Assembly (NCBI GenBank): GCA_963663805.2
Contig: CAXXMR010000018.1
Location: forward strand, 32,001 to 96,000
DNA length: 64,000 nt
Reading direction: 5' to 3'
Origin: Sedimentisphaerales bacterium
GTDB lineage: Bacteria > Planctomycetota > Phycisphaerae > Sedimentisphaerales > SM23-30
Both the position numbers and the translations under genes were made by a program. Each line of letters starts with the position of its first letter. The stretch's first letter is position 1. Under the pieces are notes generated by a model, which saw only the letters and a program-made list of their open reading frames with translations, had not been told where the DNA came from and did not search any database. Shown here one piece after another: positions 10,784 through 20,922 of the stretch.

Positions 10784-11312
10784 ACTTAATTTGCTTAGCA
10801 GCTTAAACTTACAGTAAAGAATGGGGAATCGGTAAAGCGGTGATTATTTTCGATTGAAAGTGTACAAAATTGTCGTTACATGAAAATTCCAACGGCTTTT
10901 TTGGGGACATTTGCGACAAAATGAACAATTTTGTTAGACACGATTTTTACTTTTGGTAAATCTTTCTCAAATCCTAACGCAATAATATTGCCGACGACAC
11001 TTTCACTTATAATATTATCTCCAAGCAGCTCCTCCATCGTGGAACAGGGTTAGACCAAACTTTAATAGTAGTATTTTAGCTAATTCCTTGCGGTAGAGCT
11101 AGTTATCGCAAAGAGTGCTGCGTCGTTCTGGCTAAAGTCTTGTTCTGAGCAGTTTCGGCGTTTCCCCTGGAGATGCTTAGGGGAAAAAGCGAGTCCCTTA
11201 AAGGGGCCGTCACAAGGAGGTTTGGACGGCGATTTTGGGGTTGTTTGGCAAGGGAGTTTGGGGTATACTGCTTGGTTTATGTTAGGTTTAAGTTTATTGT
11301 TAGAGGTAAGTT

Positions 11313-12128
11313 ATGGCTAATACTAAGGCGGTGATTCTGGCTCGCGGGCTGGGTACGAGGATGCGTAAGGATGATGATGGGGCGGAGATGACGGCTGAGC
11401 AGGCGGCGATCGCTGAGACGGGGGTTAAGGCGATGATCCCGATTGACCGGCCTTTCCTGGATTATGTGCTGCATGATCTGGCGGAGACCGGTTATGAGAA
11501 GGTCTCTCTGGTGATTGGGCCGGAGCATGATATAGTGCGGGATTATTACGGTAAGAAAGTGAAGACCGAACGGCTGGAGATTTCCTTTGCGATTCAGGAA
11601 AAACCCCTGGGGACGGCTGACGCGGTGCGGGCGGCTGAGGAGTTCGCCGGGGATGATTCGATACTGGTGATAAATTCGGACAATTATTATCCGCCGAGCG
11701 GTCTGAAGGCTTTGGGGCAGTTGGCAGGTGCGGGGCTGGCGGCGTTCGACCGGAAAGCCATGCTGGAAGGCGGTAATATTCCGGCTGAGCGGGTGACTTC
11801 GTTCGCGGTTATTGAGCGGGATGAGGCGGAGAATATGATACGGATTCTGGAAAAGCCTAGTGCCGAGGCGGTGGCTGCTTTGCCGGAACCGATTGTTTTG
11901 AGTATGAACTGCTGGATGTTCAGACCTTCGATTTTTGGGGCCTGCCGGAATATCGTTCCTTCGGCACGGGGTGAATATGAGATACCGGATGCGGTGATGT
12001 ACACAATCGAAAAAATGGGCGAGGTGTATAAAGCGGTGACGGTTAAGGCGCCGGTACTGGATATGTCGTGTCGGTCGGATATCGCAGCAGTTTCGGCTTT
12101 GCTAAAAGGTAAAGAGATTCGTTTATAA
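11313..12128 (+). CDS. Sugar-phosphate nucleotidyltransferase (RmlA/GalU-like)
   Basis: AVILARGLGTRM, KAMIPI, QEKPLGTADAV, EKP and SARGEYEIPD motifs. Confidence 0.88.
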   Translation: MANTKAVILARGLGTRMRKDDDGAEMTAEQAAIAETGVKAMIPIDRPFLDYVLHDLAETGYEKVSLVIGPEHDIVRDYYGKKVKTERLEISFAIQEKPLGTADAVRAAEEFAGDDSILVINSDNYYPPSGLKALGQLAGAGLAAFDRKAMLEGGNIPAERVTSFAVIERDEAENMIRILEKPSAEAVAALPEPIVLSMNCWMFRPSIFGACRNIVPSARGEYEIPDAVMYTIEKMGEVYKAVTVKAPVLDMSCRSDIAAVSALLKGKEIRL

Positions 12129-12146
12129 GGCGGGGCGGGAGAATAT

Positions 12147-13517
12147 ATGTCTGATACTGTAATGACGCTGGGTGAGCTTTCGGATGGTGATGCGCTAAAG
12201 GCGAGGCTGGCTGAGTCGGGGCTTGATGGTAAGGCTGAGGTGTTTGCCGGGCTGGCGGGTTCGCTGTGTGGGAAGGGTTTGTCGTCTGGCTCTAAGGTGC
12301 GGGCGTATTTTGTGCCGGGTCGTATCGAGGTTTTGGGCAAGCATACGGATTATGTGGGCGGGCGTACGCTGATAACGACGATTGACCGGGGGATATGTCT
12401 GGTGGCGGCGGAGCGTGATGATAATCAGCTTATACTGCATTCGGATAATATGTCGGCTGAGGGTGATGTGGCTTTTGGTATTGGGTCGAAGCTGGAAGGG
12501 CGGGAAGGGCACTGGTCGAATTACGCTCTGATTGTGGCGCGGCGGCTGGCTCATAATTTTGGTGATGGTTTGCGGGGTGCTAATATCGCGTTGTCAGGTG
12601 ATTTACCGATGGCAGCTGGGTTGAGCAGTTCCAGTGTGCTGATTACGGCGATTTATCTGGCGCTGGCGGATATTAACCGGCTGGCTGAGCGGGATGGGTA
12701 TAAGGCCGATATTGCGAGCGTCGAAGATTTGGCGGGTTATTTAGGGACTGTCGAGAACGGGCAGAGTTTTGGCGAGCTGGCAGGCGATAAGGGGGTAGGG
12801 ACGTTTGGCGGCAGTGAGGATCATACGGCGATTTTGTGCTGCAAGCCGGGCAAGCTGAGTTTGTACGGTTATTGTCCGGTGAACTGGGAGCGGGAAATTG
12901 AGATGCCGGCGGGGTATGCCTGGGGGGTGGCGACCAGCGGGGTTAAGGCGGAAAAGACGGGACAGGCCAAGGAAAAATATAATCGTATTTCGCGTTTGGC
13001 GACGGTGGCGGCGGAGATGTGGCGGAAGACAACAGGTTTTGATGACGTAAATCTGGCGGCGGCTTTTCGGGATAGTGCCGAGGCGGATTTGATTCGGGAC
13101 GTGCTGCGTGAAGTTAAGGGGGGCGAGTTTAGTGGGGAAGAACTGGTGGGGCGGTTTGCACATTTTGTGGCTGAAAGCGAAGAGATTATTCCAGAGGCGG
13201 CGGATGCTTTGGCCTGCGGTGATATGGAAACTTTCGGGCGGCTGGTGGATATGTCACAGGCTTTAGCCGAGACGCTTTTGGGTAATCAGGTGCCGGAAAC
13301 CATATTTCTGGCCCGGACGGCGCGGGAACTGGGAGCGTCGGCAGCCTCGGCGTTTGGGGCGGGGTTTGGGGGCAGTGTCTGGATAGTGGCTAGAGAAGAT
13401 GAGATTGAGGGGCTTATGGGGGAATTACGGGACAGGTATGTAAAACAGTTTGCCGAGTCGGCGGGGCGGGCGGAGTTTTTTAGGGCTCGGCCTTGCGGTA
13501 GCGCGGTGAGAATTTAA
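12147..13517 (+). CDS. Galactokinase-like GHMP sugar kinase
   Basis: PGRIEVLGKHTDY, PMAAGLSSSS and GAGFGGS motifs. Confidence 0.88.
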   Translation: MSDTVMTLGELSDGDALKARLAESGLDGKAEVFAGLAGSLCGKGLSSGSKVRAYFVPGRIEVLGKHTDYVGGRTLITTIDRGICLVAAERDDNQLILHSDNMSAEGDVAFGIGSKLEGREGHWSNYALIVARRLAHNFGDGLRGANIALSGDLPMAAGLSSSSVLITAIYLALADINRLAERDGYKADIASVEDLAGYLGTVENGQSFGELAGDKGVGTFGGSEDHTAILCCKPGKLSLYGYCPVNWEREIEMPAGYAWGVATSGVKAEKTGQAKEKYNRISRLATVAAEMWRKTTGFDDVNLAAAFRDSAEADLIRDVLREVKGGEFSGEELVGRFAHFVAESEEIIPEAADALACGDMETFGRLVDMSQALAETLLGNQVPETIFLARTARELGASAASAFGAGFGGSVWIVAREDEIEGLMGELRDRYVKQFAESAGRAEFFRARPCGSAVRI

Positions 13518-13551
13518 TAACAAGTTTTGTCTTTTTATTGTAGGAGTTAAA

Positions 13552-14289
13552 ATGACATATCAGTGTGATCGTAAGAGAGTGGCAGAAACCTTGAAACGCA
13601 GCGGGGTGGTTGTGGTGATGAACAAGAGCCACGTGGAAAAGCCGGATCATATGGTCGATACCGTCAAGGCGATTTATGAGGCGGGTTATGTGGCTGAGGT
13701 AACATTTCGCATCGACCAGGGTATTGTGGGTGAGGCGATGACGGAACTGGTGAAGTTTCGGGAGACCTGCCCGGTGGATAATCCGCTGGTATTGGGGGTG
13801 GGCAGTGTTATCAATCCGCAGGAGCTGGACGCGGCTATCGAGATGGGTTTCGAGATGATCGTTGCTCCGGCTAATGTGATGGGTGGTTATGGTGCGGGTT
13901 GTGATTTTGTGAAGATAACTCAGCAGGCGAATGTTTTTTCCGCACCAGCGGTGTTTACGCCTACCGAGCTAAATTATTTTTTGGAACGTGAAGATGGCCT
14001 GGAGCCGGACGGTTTGAAGATTTTTCCGGCACGGACTCACGGGCCCAAGGGTGTCGCTGATTTGCTGGCACCGTTTGTGCGTACGCGTCACGCGGGCAAG
14101 TTGATTATGCCGACCGGGGCGGTGGATTATACGACCGGGCCGGAATATCGCAAAGCGATCGCGGGGCGTGGTTTTACGCCGATTCTGGGGATGTCGGCAC
14201 CTTTGGCATTGGTGGCTGAACGCAAGCAGCCGGGTAATATGGCCGTGGTTAAGGAATCGCTGGTGGAGTTCGCGGCGAAATTTTCCTGA
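13552..14289 (+). CDS. KDPG/KHG aldolase family protein
   Basis: EVTFR, GVGSV, KIFPA (Schiff-base Lys) and MPTGAV motifs. Confidence 0.82.
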   Translation: MTYQCDRKRVAETLKRSGVVVVMNKSHVEKPDHMVDTVKAIYEAGYVAEVTFRIDQGIVGEAMTELVKFRETCPVDNPLVLGVGSVINPQELDAAIEMGFEMIVAPANVMGGYGAGCDFVKITQQANVFSAPAVFTPTELNYFLEREDGLEPDGLKIFPARTHGPKGVADLLAPFVRTRHAGKLIMPTGAVDYTTGPEYRKAIAGRGFTPILGMSAPLALVAERKQPGNMAVVKESLVEFAAKFS

Positions 14290-14307
14290 TAGTGTCCCGA
14301 TTAAGTT

Positions 14308-14730
14308 ATGGCGAAAAAGAATATTGAAGCTCGGATACTGACTTTCGGAATTCATACGGCGTTTGATTCGGAAAGTGAGGAGCTGCCCAAAATTCTGGAG
14401 TTTACCACGAAGATACCCGCCCGGCTGGGTATCGAGTTTGGTTATGTTCTGAACGTGCGGAAGGGCCGGGGCGAGAAGCTGAGGTTTCGCATCGAGCATC
14501 CGCCTTTCCGCAACAGTTCGGGCGACATCGCTCCGCCTTTTGAGGGTGAGGTTTATGTTACCGCCCCGGATTTCAAGTTTTTTCTCGGCGATACCATCTG
14601 GGAGCCGGCAGCTGACAAGCTGGGTGACTGGACACTGACGATGTTCTGGGAAAATAAGGTTATAGCCCAGAAAAAATTTACCATTTTTGCTGAATCCGAT
14701 GGTCAAAGTGAAGAAACCGCGTTAAAATAA
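14308..14730 (+). CDS. Conserved hypothetical protein (DUF3859-like)
   Basis: TTKIPARLGIEFG...HPP...FFLGDTIWEP..KLGDW pattern. Confidence 0.6.
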   Translation: MAKKNIEARILTFGIHTAFDSESEELPKILEFTTKIPARLGIEFGYVLNVRKGRGEKLRFRIEHPPFRNSSGDIAPPFEGEVYVTAPDFKFFLGDTIWEPAADKLGDWTLTMFWENKVIAQKKFTIFAESDGQSEETALK

Positions 14731-14763
14731 TTGTGAAGCAGGTATTTTTCCGAATAAATTCAT

Positions 14764-15828
14764 ATGGATAAACCTGAAAACAATTTGCCTGGTCGCTTTC
14801 ATACACGGGAGCTGGCTATTGTTCTGAGCCATTATGACTTGGGGACCATTGGGGAGATTCTGCGTTGTGGGCGGGGTAATGAGCAATCACCTAAGCTGAT
14901 AATCGTGAGCGACAAAGGTAAATTTCTGCTCAAGCGGCGAGTGCCGAGCAAGTCGATTCGTCTGAAAATCGCTCAGGCTCATCATTGTCTGTTGTATCTG
15001 CATGGGGCGGGTTTTTGTGTGCCGCGGTTGGTGGCGACAAACCATAATCATTCACTGGTGCAGGATGAGACTCATATTTATGAGATGTTCGAGTATCTGG
15101 GCGGGCAGGATTATGACGGGGCCGGTTCGACGGCGATTGGGGTGGGGCGGTGTCTGCGGCAGTTCCATGATTTGCTGAGCCGGTATCAGCCGCCGGAGCC
15201 GTTGCCGAAACATTGTTATCACGATAACGATAGTGTGCGGGAGCGACTGCGCGATTATTCTGACTCGGAGCATGAATATGACGCTGACGAGGCGGGGCGG
15301 CTGAGCGAGATTCTGCTGGAGGCTTATGATGGGGCGACGCGGCAGGCTGAGGAGATGGGGCTGCCTGAAAGTCCCCAGGGGATTTGCCACGGTGACTGGC
15401 ATCCGGGTAATTTGCTGTTTCAGGGGCATGAAATTGTGGCGGTGCTGGATTTTGAATCTTTGGGTATTATGCCTTTGTGGGCGGAAGTCGCTAATGGGTG
15501 TTTGCAGTTTTCGCTGGTGGCTCAGGGACGCGACCCGGAGAACTGGCCGGCGGAACTGGATATTTTTCGGGCGGGCTGTTTTCTGAGAGGCTATCGCACG
15601 GAGAAGCTTTGGGCCAATTCTGAGTTGCAGGTTATTGTCGCTTTGATGATCGAGGCTCTTATCGCCGAAGCCATCGCTCCGATAGCGGCAACGGGGAAAT
15701 TTACAAATATTCAGGGCAGTCGTTTCCTGCGTATGATTAGCCGAAAGGTGGAATGGCTGAATCAGTTCGCTGCCGACCAGCTTACTTTGTGTCAGCAGGG
15801 CGACTGCGATTGTGGCTCGAATGAATAG
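14764..15828 (+). CDS. APH-like phosphotransferase (type II homoserine kinase family)
   Basis: ICHGDWHPGNLLF and VLDFE motifs. Confidence 0.85.
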   Translation: MDKPENNLPGRFHTRELAIVLSHYDLGTIGEILRCGRGNEQSPKLIIVSDKGKFLLKRRVPSKSIRLKIAQAHHCLLYLHGAGFCVPRLVATNHNHSLVQDETHIYEMFEYLGGQDYDGAGSTAIGVGRCLRQFHDLLSRYQPPEPLPKHCYHDNDSVRERLRDYSDSEHEYDADEAGRLSEILLEAYDGATRQAEEMGLPESPQGICHGDWHPGNLLFQGHEIVAVLDFESLGIMPLWAEVANGCLQFSLVAQGRDPENWPAELDIFRAGCFLRGYRTEKLWANSELQVIVALMIEALIAEAIAPIAATGKFTNIQGSRFLRMISRKVEWLNQFAADQLTLCQQGDCDCGSNE

Positions 15829-15835
15829 CGGATAA

Positions 15836-16789
15836 TCATTCAATATTCAGATGGTCGAACAGGGCCGAAGAAAGGTATCTTTCGCCGGAATCGGGCAGGA
15901 TTACGACAATCGTTTTGCCGGCGTTTTCTTCACGCTGAGCGACTTGTCCGGCAGCTATTAGAGCCGCCCCGGAGGAGATGCCCACGAAAATCCCTTCTTC
16001 GGTTGCCGCCCGTTGAGCCATTTCCATAGCTTGGTCCTGGTCGACCTTGATGATTTCGTCAACAAATTCTGATTTATAGTTTTGCGGGATGAAACCGGCC
16101 CCAATGCCCTGGATTTTGTGCGGGCCGGGCTGAATTTCTTCTCCTGCGGCGGATTGACTTAGTACAGGACTTTGGATAGGTTCAACCGCGATGGCCCGAA
16201 AGGTGCTTTTGCGGCCTTTGATAACTTCGCTGATACCTGATATAGTTCCGCCGGTGCCCACGCCGGCGACTAAAAAGTCAACCTGGCCGTCAGTATCTTG
16301 CCAGATTTCTTCCGCGGTGGTCTTGCGATGTATCGCGGGGTTGGCGGGGTTGGAAAATTGCTGAGGGATGAAAGAATTGGGGGTTTCTTTCTGGAGTTGC
16401 ATCGCGGTTTCGACCGCACCAGTCATGCCCTTGCCGGCAGGGGTGAGGATTAGCTTCGCTCCCAGTGCCAGCAGGATTTTGCGGCGTTCCAGACTCATTG
16501 ATTCGGGCATGGTCAGTACGCATTTATAGCCGCGGGCGGCGCAAACCAGGGCCAGCCCGATGCCGGTATTGCCGCTGGTGGGTTCGATAATGGTGTCGCC
16601 GGGCTTGATTTTGTTTTCCTGTTCTGCGGCGTCGATCATTGCCATCCCGATACGGTCTTTGATGGAAGCCATGGGATTGAAACATTCCATCTTGGCCAGA
16701 ACAGCGGCGGCGGACTTGATGATTTTGTTGATTCTGACCAGCGGGGTATTGCCGATGGTTTCTGTAATATTGTTGAAAATCCGGGCCAT
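15836..16789 (-). CDS. cysK: Cysteine synthase A
   Basis: [39 protein letters not shown] and PDSGERYLS motifs; start placed at the ATG following AGGAG. Confidence 0.96.
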   Translation of the reverse strand: MARIFNNITETIGNTPLVRINKIIKSAAAVLAKMECFNPMASIKDRIGMAMIDAAEQENKIKPGDTIIEPTSGNTGIGLALVCAARGYKCVLTMPESMSLERRKILLALGAKLILTPAGKGMTGAVETAMQLQKETPNSFIPQQFSNPANPAIHRKTTAEEIWQDTDGQVDFLVAGVGTGGTISGISEVIKGRKSTFRAIAVEPIQSPVLSQSAAGEEIQPGPHKIQGIGAGFIPQNYKSEFVDEIIKVDQDQAMEMAQRAATEEGIFVGISSGAALIAAGQVAQREENAGKTIVVILPDSGERYLSSALFDHLNIE

Positions 16790-16902
16790 AGTTGTCTCCT
16801 GAAAAACGAGTTTACAGGAGTTTATAGACCGGGCGAAGGGCAAAATCAACCCAATACCGAACTTTTGCACCGGATTTGTTTAGGATTTCCAGTTTACCTG
16901 GC

Positions 16903-17934
16903 TTAGGGGGCGATAAATGCGTCCACTTCTTCGGTGGGGGTTTCGGTGCCTTCGTAACGCGTGGTATTTTCGATGGTGAACATATCGTCCAGGCCGAAGC
17001 CCCAGCGTCTTGAAGTCGCGAAATCGACATGGCCGTCGTCGAACAGAACGTTCTGGCCTTTGCCGTTATGGTTAGGTGAGTTAGCCTTGAGCAGTTCGGG
17101 GTTTTCGTTGAGGTCCAACTGTTCGGAGAAGAAGGCATCAAAATCGGCAAACAGGGGGTTCTGGTCGGTCATGAGCGGGCCGTTCTTACGGCCAAGCCCC
17201 ATGTTCAGGCCTTCGTTGGGCTGAACGAGACGGAAACTGTAGTTTACGCTTTGACGGTCGGGGAAGTCACGCAGTCGGAGAAGCTGTTCCGGTGAAAAAT
17301 CAAGACGAATTTTGCCGTCGCTGTTGGCGGCAGGACAGATAAAGTTTTTCGCCGAGAGATAGCCATTTTTGACCAGAAGAAAGAAATTGCGGGTGTTGGA
17401 GGTCTTGCCTTCATCCTGCGAGCCGACATGCCACCATTTGGCACCGGGCTGATGGTAAACCTGGGGGAGTAAATCGTTATTGTCACGGGCATAGTGCTGG
17501 AGGGCCTGACCGACCTGCCGCATCTGTAGGGTGCAGGCGTGTTTTTCGGCTATATCGCGGGCGACCTGAAGACCGGGCTGAGAAACCAGAAATACCAGTA
17601 TAACGCCGGCGGCAATGGTTGCCAAATCACGGAAATTGCCAAGAATCCAGCGTAAACGTGATGATTCGCGGTGCGTGTGGAGAGCTTCGGCGAATTTGAC
17701 GGAGCGTTTGTTTTCTACCGCCCGGCTCTGTTCGTAATGTTTGATAAAAGCCAGGGTTTTTCCGGTAAGATCTTCGGGGGTATCTTCAATGTCGTCCAGA
17801 GAAGCTGCCAGTTTGGCCAGAGCATTATCAATCTGCCGCAATTGAGCATCGTCGGCAATGTCAGCCTGAATGGTGTCGAGATTGAAGTGGAAGTCGATTA
17901 ACTGCTGAAGTTTTTCTAACTGACGGTCTTTCAT
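16903..17934 (-). CDS. Putative anti-sigma factor with extracytoplasmic DUF1559/H-X9-DG pilin-like domain
   Basis: Immediately downstream of the ECF sigma gene; helical N-terminus, one TM helix, C.xQMRQVGQALQHY and HNGKGQNVLFDDGHV. Confidence 0.75.
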   Translation of the reverse strand: MKDRQLEKLQQLIDFHFNLDTIQADIADDAQLRQIDNALAKLAASLDDIEDTPEDLTGKTLAFIKHYEQSRAVENKRSVKFAEALHTHRESSRLRWILGNFRDLATIAAGVILVFLVSQPGLQVARDIAEKHACTLQMRQVGQALQHYARDNNDLLPQVYHQPGAKWWHVGSQDEGKTSNTRNFFLLVKNGYLSAKNFICPAANSDGKIRLDFSPEQLLRLRDFPDRQSVNYSFRLVQPNEGLNMGLGRKNGPLMTDQNPLFADFDAFFSEQLDLNENPELLKANSPNHNGKGQNVLFDDGHVDFATSRRWGFGLDDMFTIENTTRYEGTETPTEEVDAFIAP

Positions 17935-17937
17935 GTA

Positions 17938-18531
17938 CTACTTGTCCTGCTGCTTCTGAGCTTCCTGATAGCGTTGGGCGAAATTTGATACGGCAGAGTG
18001 GAGCCGACTCTTGACAGTGCCTAACGGTATCTTCAGAATCTCAGCCATTTCCTTATACGAAAGTTGGCCAAAATAAGCCAAGACCAGAATTTCCCGCAAC
18101 ATATCGGGCATCCCGGTAATTATATTACGTACTTCCTTACGAGTTTGTTCAGCCTCAAAAATATCCTCAGCGGTCTGTTCGTCTCGGAGCAGGCTGTCCC
18201 AGAGGTTTGCCAGGGTTCCATCATCTGGATCCTGGGCGGTCAACTGCACGGTCTGCTTACGGTCGCGACTCCTCAGGAGGTCGCGGGCTTTGTTGGCGGC
18301 AATGGTATATAACCACGGCCTGAAACGACGCCCGCTATCGAAACGGTCGGCAGATAGATGCACCTGCAGAAACGCTTCTTGAAAAACTTCTTCCGCTAAC
18401 GACTTTTTCCCCAGAAACTTAGCCAAAAAGTTGAACAACTCCTTTTCGTATCTTTTGACCAGAAGGGCAAAAGCCTCTCTCTCTCCCGCCCGGTATCTGG
18501 CAAAAAGTTGTTCATCAGTTTGCTGGTTCAA
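17938..18531 (-). CDS. ECF RNA polymerase sigma-70 factor
   Basis: AEEVFQEAFL, FRPWLYTIAANKARD and SYKEMAEILKIPLGTVKSRLH motifs. Confidence 0.95.
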   Translation of the reverse strand: MNQQTDEQLFARYRAGEREAFALLVKRYEKELFNFLAKFLGKKSLAEEVFQEAFLQVHLSADRFDSGRRFRPWLYTIAANKARDLLRSRDRKQTVQLTAQDPDDGTLANLWDSLLRDEQTAEDIFEAEQTRKEVRNIITGMPDMLREILVLAYFGQLSYKEMAEILKIPLGTVKSRLHSAVSNFAQRYQEAQKQQDK

Positions 18532-18676
18532 ATGTCTGTATTCCTTACGGTCGTGCTTTCCAGAAGTTCGCTGGATTTAGAGTTTTTTTGCTGAATCCCG
18601 CATACACAATTATGGTGATTTTTGTGGGAATAGCAAGGGGAAAACCTCCTAATAGCCTGTAAAGAAGCAATTTATA

Positions 18677-19702
18677 TCATCTGAGCGAGTTTTTTATATT
18701 TTGGACAGATTTTTTTGGATTTTCTGTGGCGGTCACCGCCTGACAAAGTGCGATACCGGTGGCGCCTGCCTGAATTAGCGCTGGGGCGTTGCTTTCGGTG
18801 ATGCCGCCGATGGCAATTATGGGACTTTGAGTAATTTGTCTAATTTGGGTAATTAATGAGAGGCCGCAGGCTGGTACTTTGGGCTTGGTGGGGCTGGGGT
18901 AGATTGCTCCGACTGCGATATAATCGGGATTTTGGGTGATGGATTGGGTTGCTTCTTCGAGTGAATGGGTGCTGGTACCGATTATCTGATAAGGAGTTAG
19001 GATTTTCCGGGCCTGATGAGGTGCGAGGTCGTCTTGGCCGAGATGTACGCCGTGGGCGTGGGCGAGGAGGGCCAGGTCGGGGCGGTCGTTCATTATGAAA
19101 AGGGCTTGATATTCGTTACATATATCAGTTAGCTGCTGGGCAAGGTTAAGTGTTTGTTTGTCGGGTAAATCCTTTTCTCGCAGTTGGATACAGTCGGCAC
19201 CGCCGTCGAGGACGGCCCGGGCGGTTTCCAGCAGGCCCAAGGTGCAATATTGGGCGGTGAGCAGGACATAAATCCTGACATTTTTAAAGTCTGGTTTGAC
19301 AGGGATTAACAGTCGTTTTTCGAGTTCGTAGGCCTGGTAGCGGAGGGCTTCTAATTGTGAGGAGATTTTAGGAGATTGGATTTTGGTGAATTCTTCGAGG
19401 CATCTTAGTGCTTCGGTTAGGCGTTTGGCGGCGGCGGTGGTTACGGCCTGCATGTCTGGTCGTGATTTTTCGGATTCGGTGGAGATGGCGGTGCCGACGT
19501 CGCCGGGTGTGTCTCTGGCGGTAAGTAGTTCAGCGGCAGGTATTTGGGTTATATATTGGCAGAGCTGATGACGCAGGATTTTGGTTTTTTCGCTGAGTTC
19601 GGAGTTGTTAAGAGCGAAGCGGGCGTAGTCTTCCATGACCCTTAGAGCTTCGCGGGCACGGTTGAAATTGGCATCGATAATGCGGTATAATGGCTCTTTC
19701 AT
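18677..19702 (-). CDS. thiE: Thiamine-phosphate synthase with N-terminal ThiD2-like domain
   Basis: RIIDANFNRAREALRVMED, IQLREK, NDRPD, GVHLGQDD, SPTK and AIGGI motifs. Confidence 0.94.
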   Translation of the reverse strand: MKEPLYRIIDANFNRAREALRVMEDYARFALNNSELSEKTKILRHQLCQYITQIPAAELLTARDTPGDVGTAISTESEKSRPDMQAVTTAAAKRLTEALRCLEEFTKIQSPKISSQLEALRYQAYELEKRLLIPVKPDFKNVRIYVLLTAQYCTLGLLETARAVLDGGADCIQLREKDLPDKQTLNLAQQLTDICNEYQALFIMNDRPDLALLAHAHGVHLGQDDLAPHQARKILTPYQIIGTSTHSLEEATQSITQNPDYIAVGAIYPSPTKPKVPACGLSLITQIRQITQSPIIAIGGITESNAPALIQAGATGIALCQAVTATENPKKSVQNIKNSLR

Positions 19703-19792
19703 AGGCGCGATTCTGCCTGAAAGTGCCGAAAAAATCGATAAAAAAGAGAAAAATATGTTTTTTTTTTCGTTTTTTCGCTAAAAATATGCGTT

Positions 19793-20545
19793 ATGAAGCT
19801 GAAAAAAATCGAATTTATGAAGTGTCCGGGATTGTTTATTACCGGTACGGATACAGGGGTTGGCAAGACCGTGGTCTGTGGGGCGCTGGCGAATTGTCTG
19901 GTCGCGAAAGGGGGGAGGCCGGGAGTGTTCAAGCCGGTTGCCAGTGGTTGTGTCCATAGTCGGGAAGGTCTGGTTAGTGCGGATGCGGAATTTCTGGCAC
20001 ATTGTGCCAATAGTGAATTTACCCTGGAGCAGATAAATCCGGTGCGTTATGTGGAGCCGCTGGCACCTTCGGTGGCGGCGGAGAGGGCGGGTGAGCCGGT
20101 TGATTTTGAGGTAATTGAGCGGGCTTACCGTTACCTGGCGGAAAGGACAGGGTTGATGCTGGTTGAGGGGGTGGGCGGGGTTATGGTGCCTTTGAGTAAG
20201 GATGTGCTGGTTCTGGATTTGATGGTGGCGCTGGGCTTGCCGGTGCTGGTGGTATCGGGCAGTAAGCTGGGGGCGATTAATCATACGGTTCTGACGGTGC
20301 GGGCCTGTGAGGGGGCGGGACTGACGGTTGCCGGGGTGGTTATAAACGGTTATGACGTGGAAAATGCCAGTTTGGCGGAGGAGAGTAATCCGCAGGTGAT
20401 TTCAGAGATTTGCGGTGTGCCGATATTGTCTGTAATACCTTCTGATAAAGTCACTTCGGTGGAGTCTGGTCGGTTGGGCAAGCCGGTTGTTTCGGCGATG
20501 GGTTTGGTAGACTGGCGTGACCTGATTGAACAGGGCGGTAGATAG
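19793..20545 (+). CDS. bioD: Dethiobiotin synthase
   Basis: FITGTDTGVGKT, FKPVASG, VEGVGG and LGAINHT motifs (start may be 19817). Confidence 0.95.
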   Translation: MKLKKIEFMKCPGLFITGTDTGVGKTVVCGALANCLVAKGGRPGVFKPVASGCVHSREGLVSADAEFLAHCANSEFTLEQINPVRYVEPLAPSVAAERAGEPVDFEVIERAYRYLAERTGLMLVEGVGGVMVPLSKDVLVLDLMVALGLPVLVVSGSKLGAINHTVLTVRACEGAGLTVAGVVINGYDVENASLAEESNPQVISEICGVPILSVIPSDKVTSVESGRLGKPVVSAMGLVDWRDLIEQGGR

Positions 20546-20744
20546 GTTTGAACCTGATGGGGGGTGGGGGCGTAGTGAATGGTTAGTGGGTGGAAGAAGG
20601 GATGAGGCATGAGGCATGAGTGAACGGCGTGGTGCCTGAACATTCAATATGTATCGTCGATGGTGGTTTTATCCGGCCGCTTACGCGGGGCGGCTTCTGT
20701 TGGTGGTTGGTGGTTTGTAAAGCCTGCGGCTGTTGATATTTGGC

Positions 20745-20773
20745 TTGACCGATAAAACCCCAGAGTTTACACT
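20745..20773 (+). promoter_or_regulatory. Sigma70-type promoter of the giant surface protein
   Basis: TTGACC-17 nt-TACACT. Confidence 0.6.
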
Positions 20774-20922
20774 GCGTTGCAGATATGGGGATGTGTGCCT
20801 GCCGGTGCAATTTGCCGGCTGGTGAAGAAATGGCCCGGCGAAGGGGCTGGTCCCGCCATATGGTTGTAAGTTACTGCCAACAATATCGTTACCTGCTGTA
20901 AATAAGTCCAAGGAGACCAACG

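Noticed and set aside
11200..15800. Strong G/T skew on the plus strand as a sign of an origin or foreign DNA
   Set aside because: Similar skew recurs at about 18.7-20.6 kb and 35-36.7 kb regardless of gene strand, which fits ordinary replication-strand bias; no DnaA-box cluster was seen.
20560..20720. Short repeats ATGAGGC x2.7 and TGGTGGT x2
   Set aside because: Too short and low-complexity in a G/T-rich tract to support a feature.
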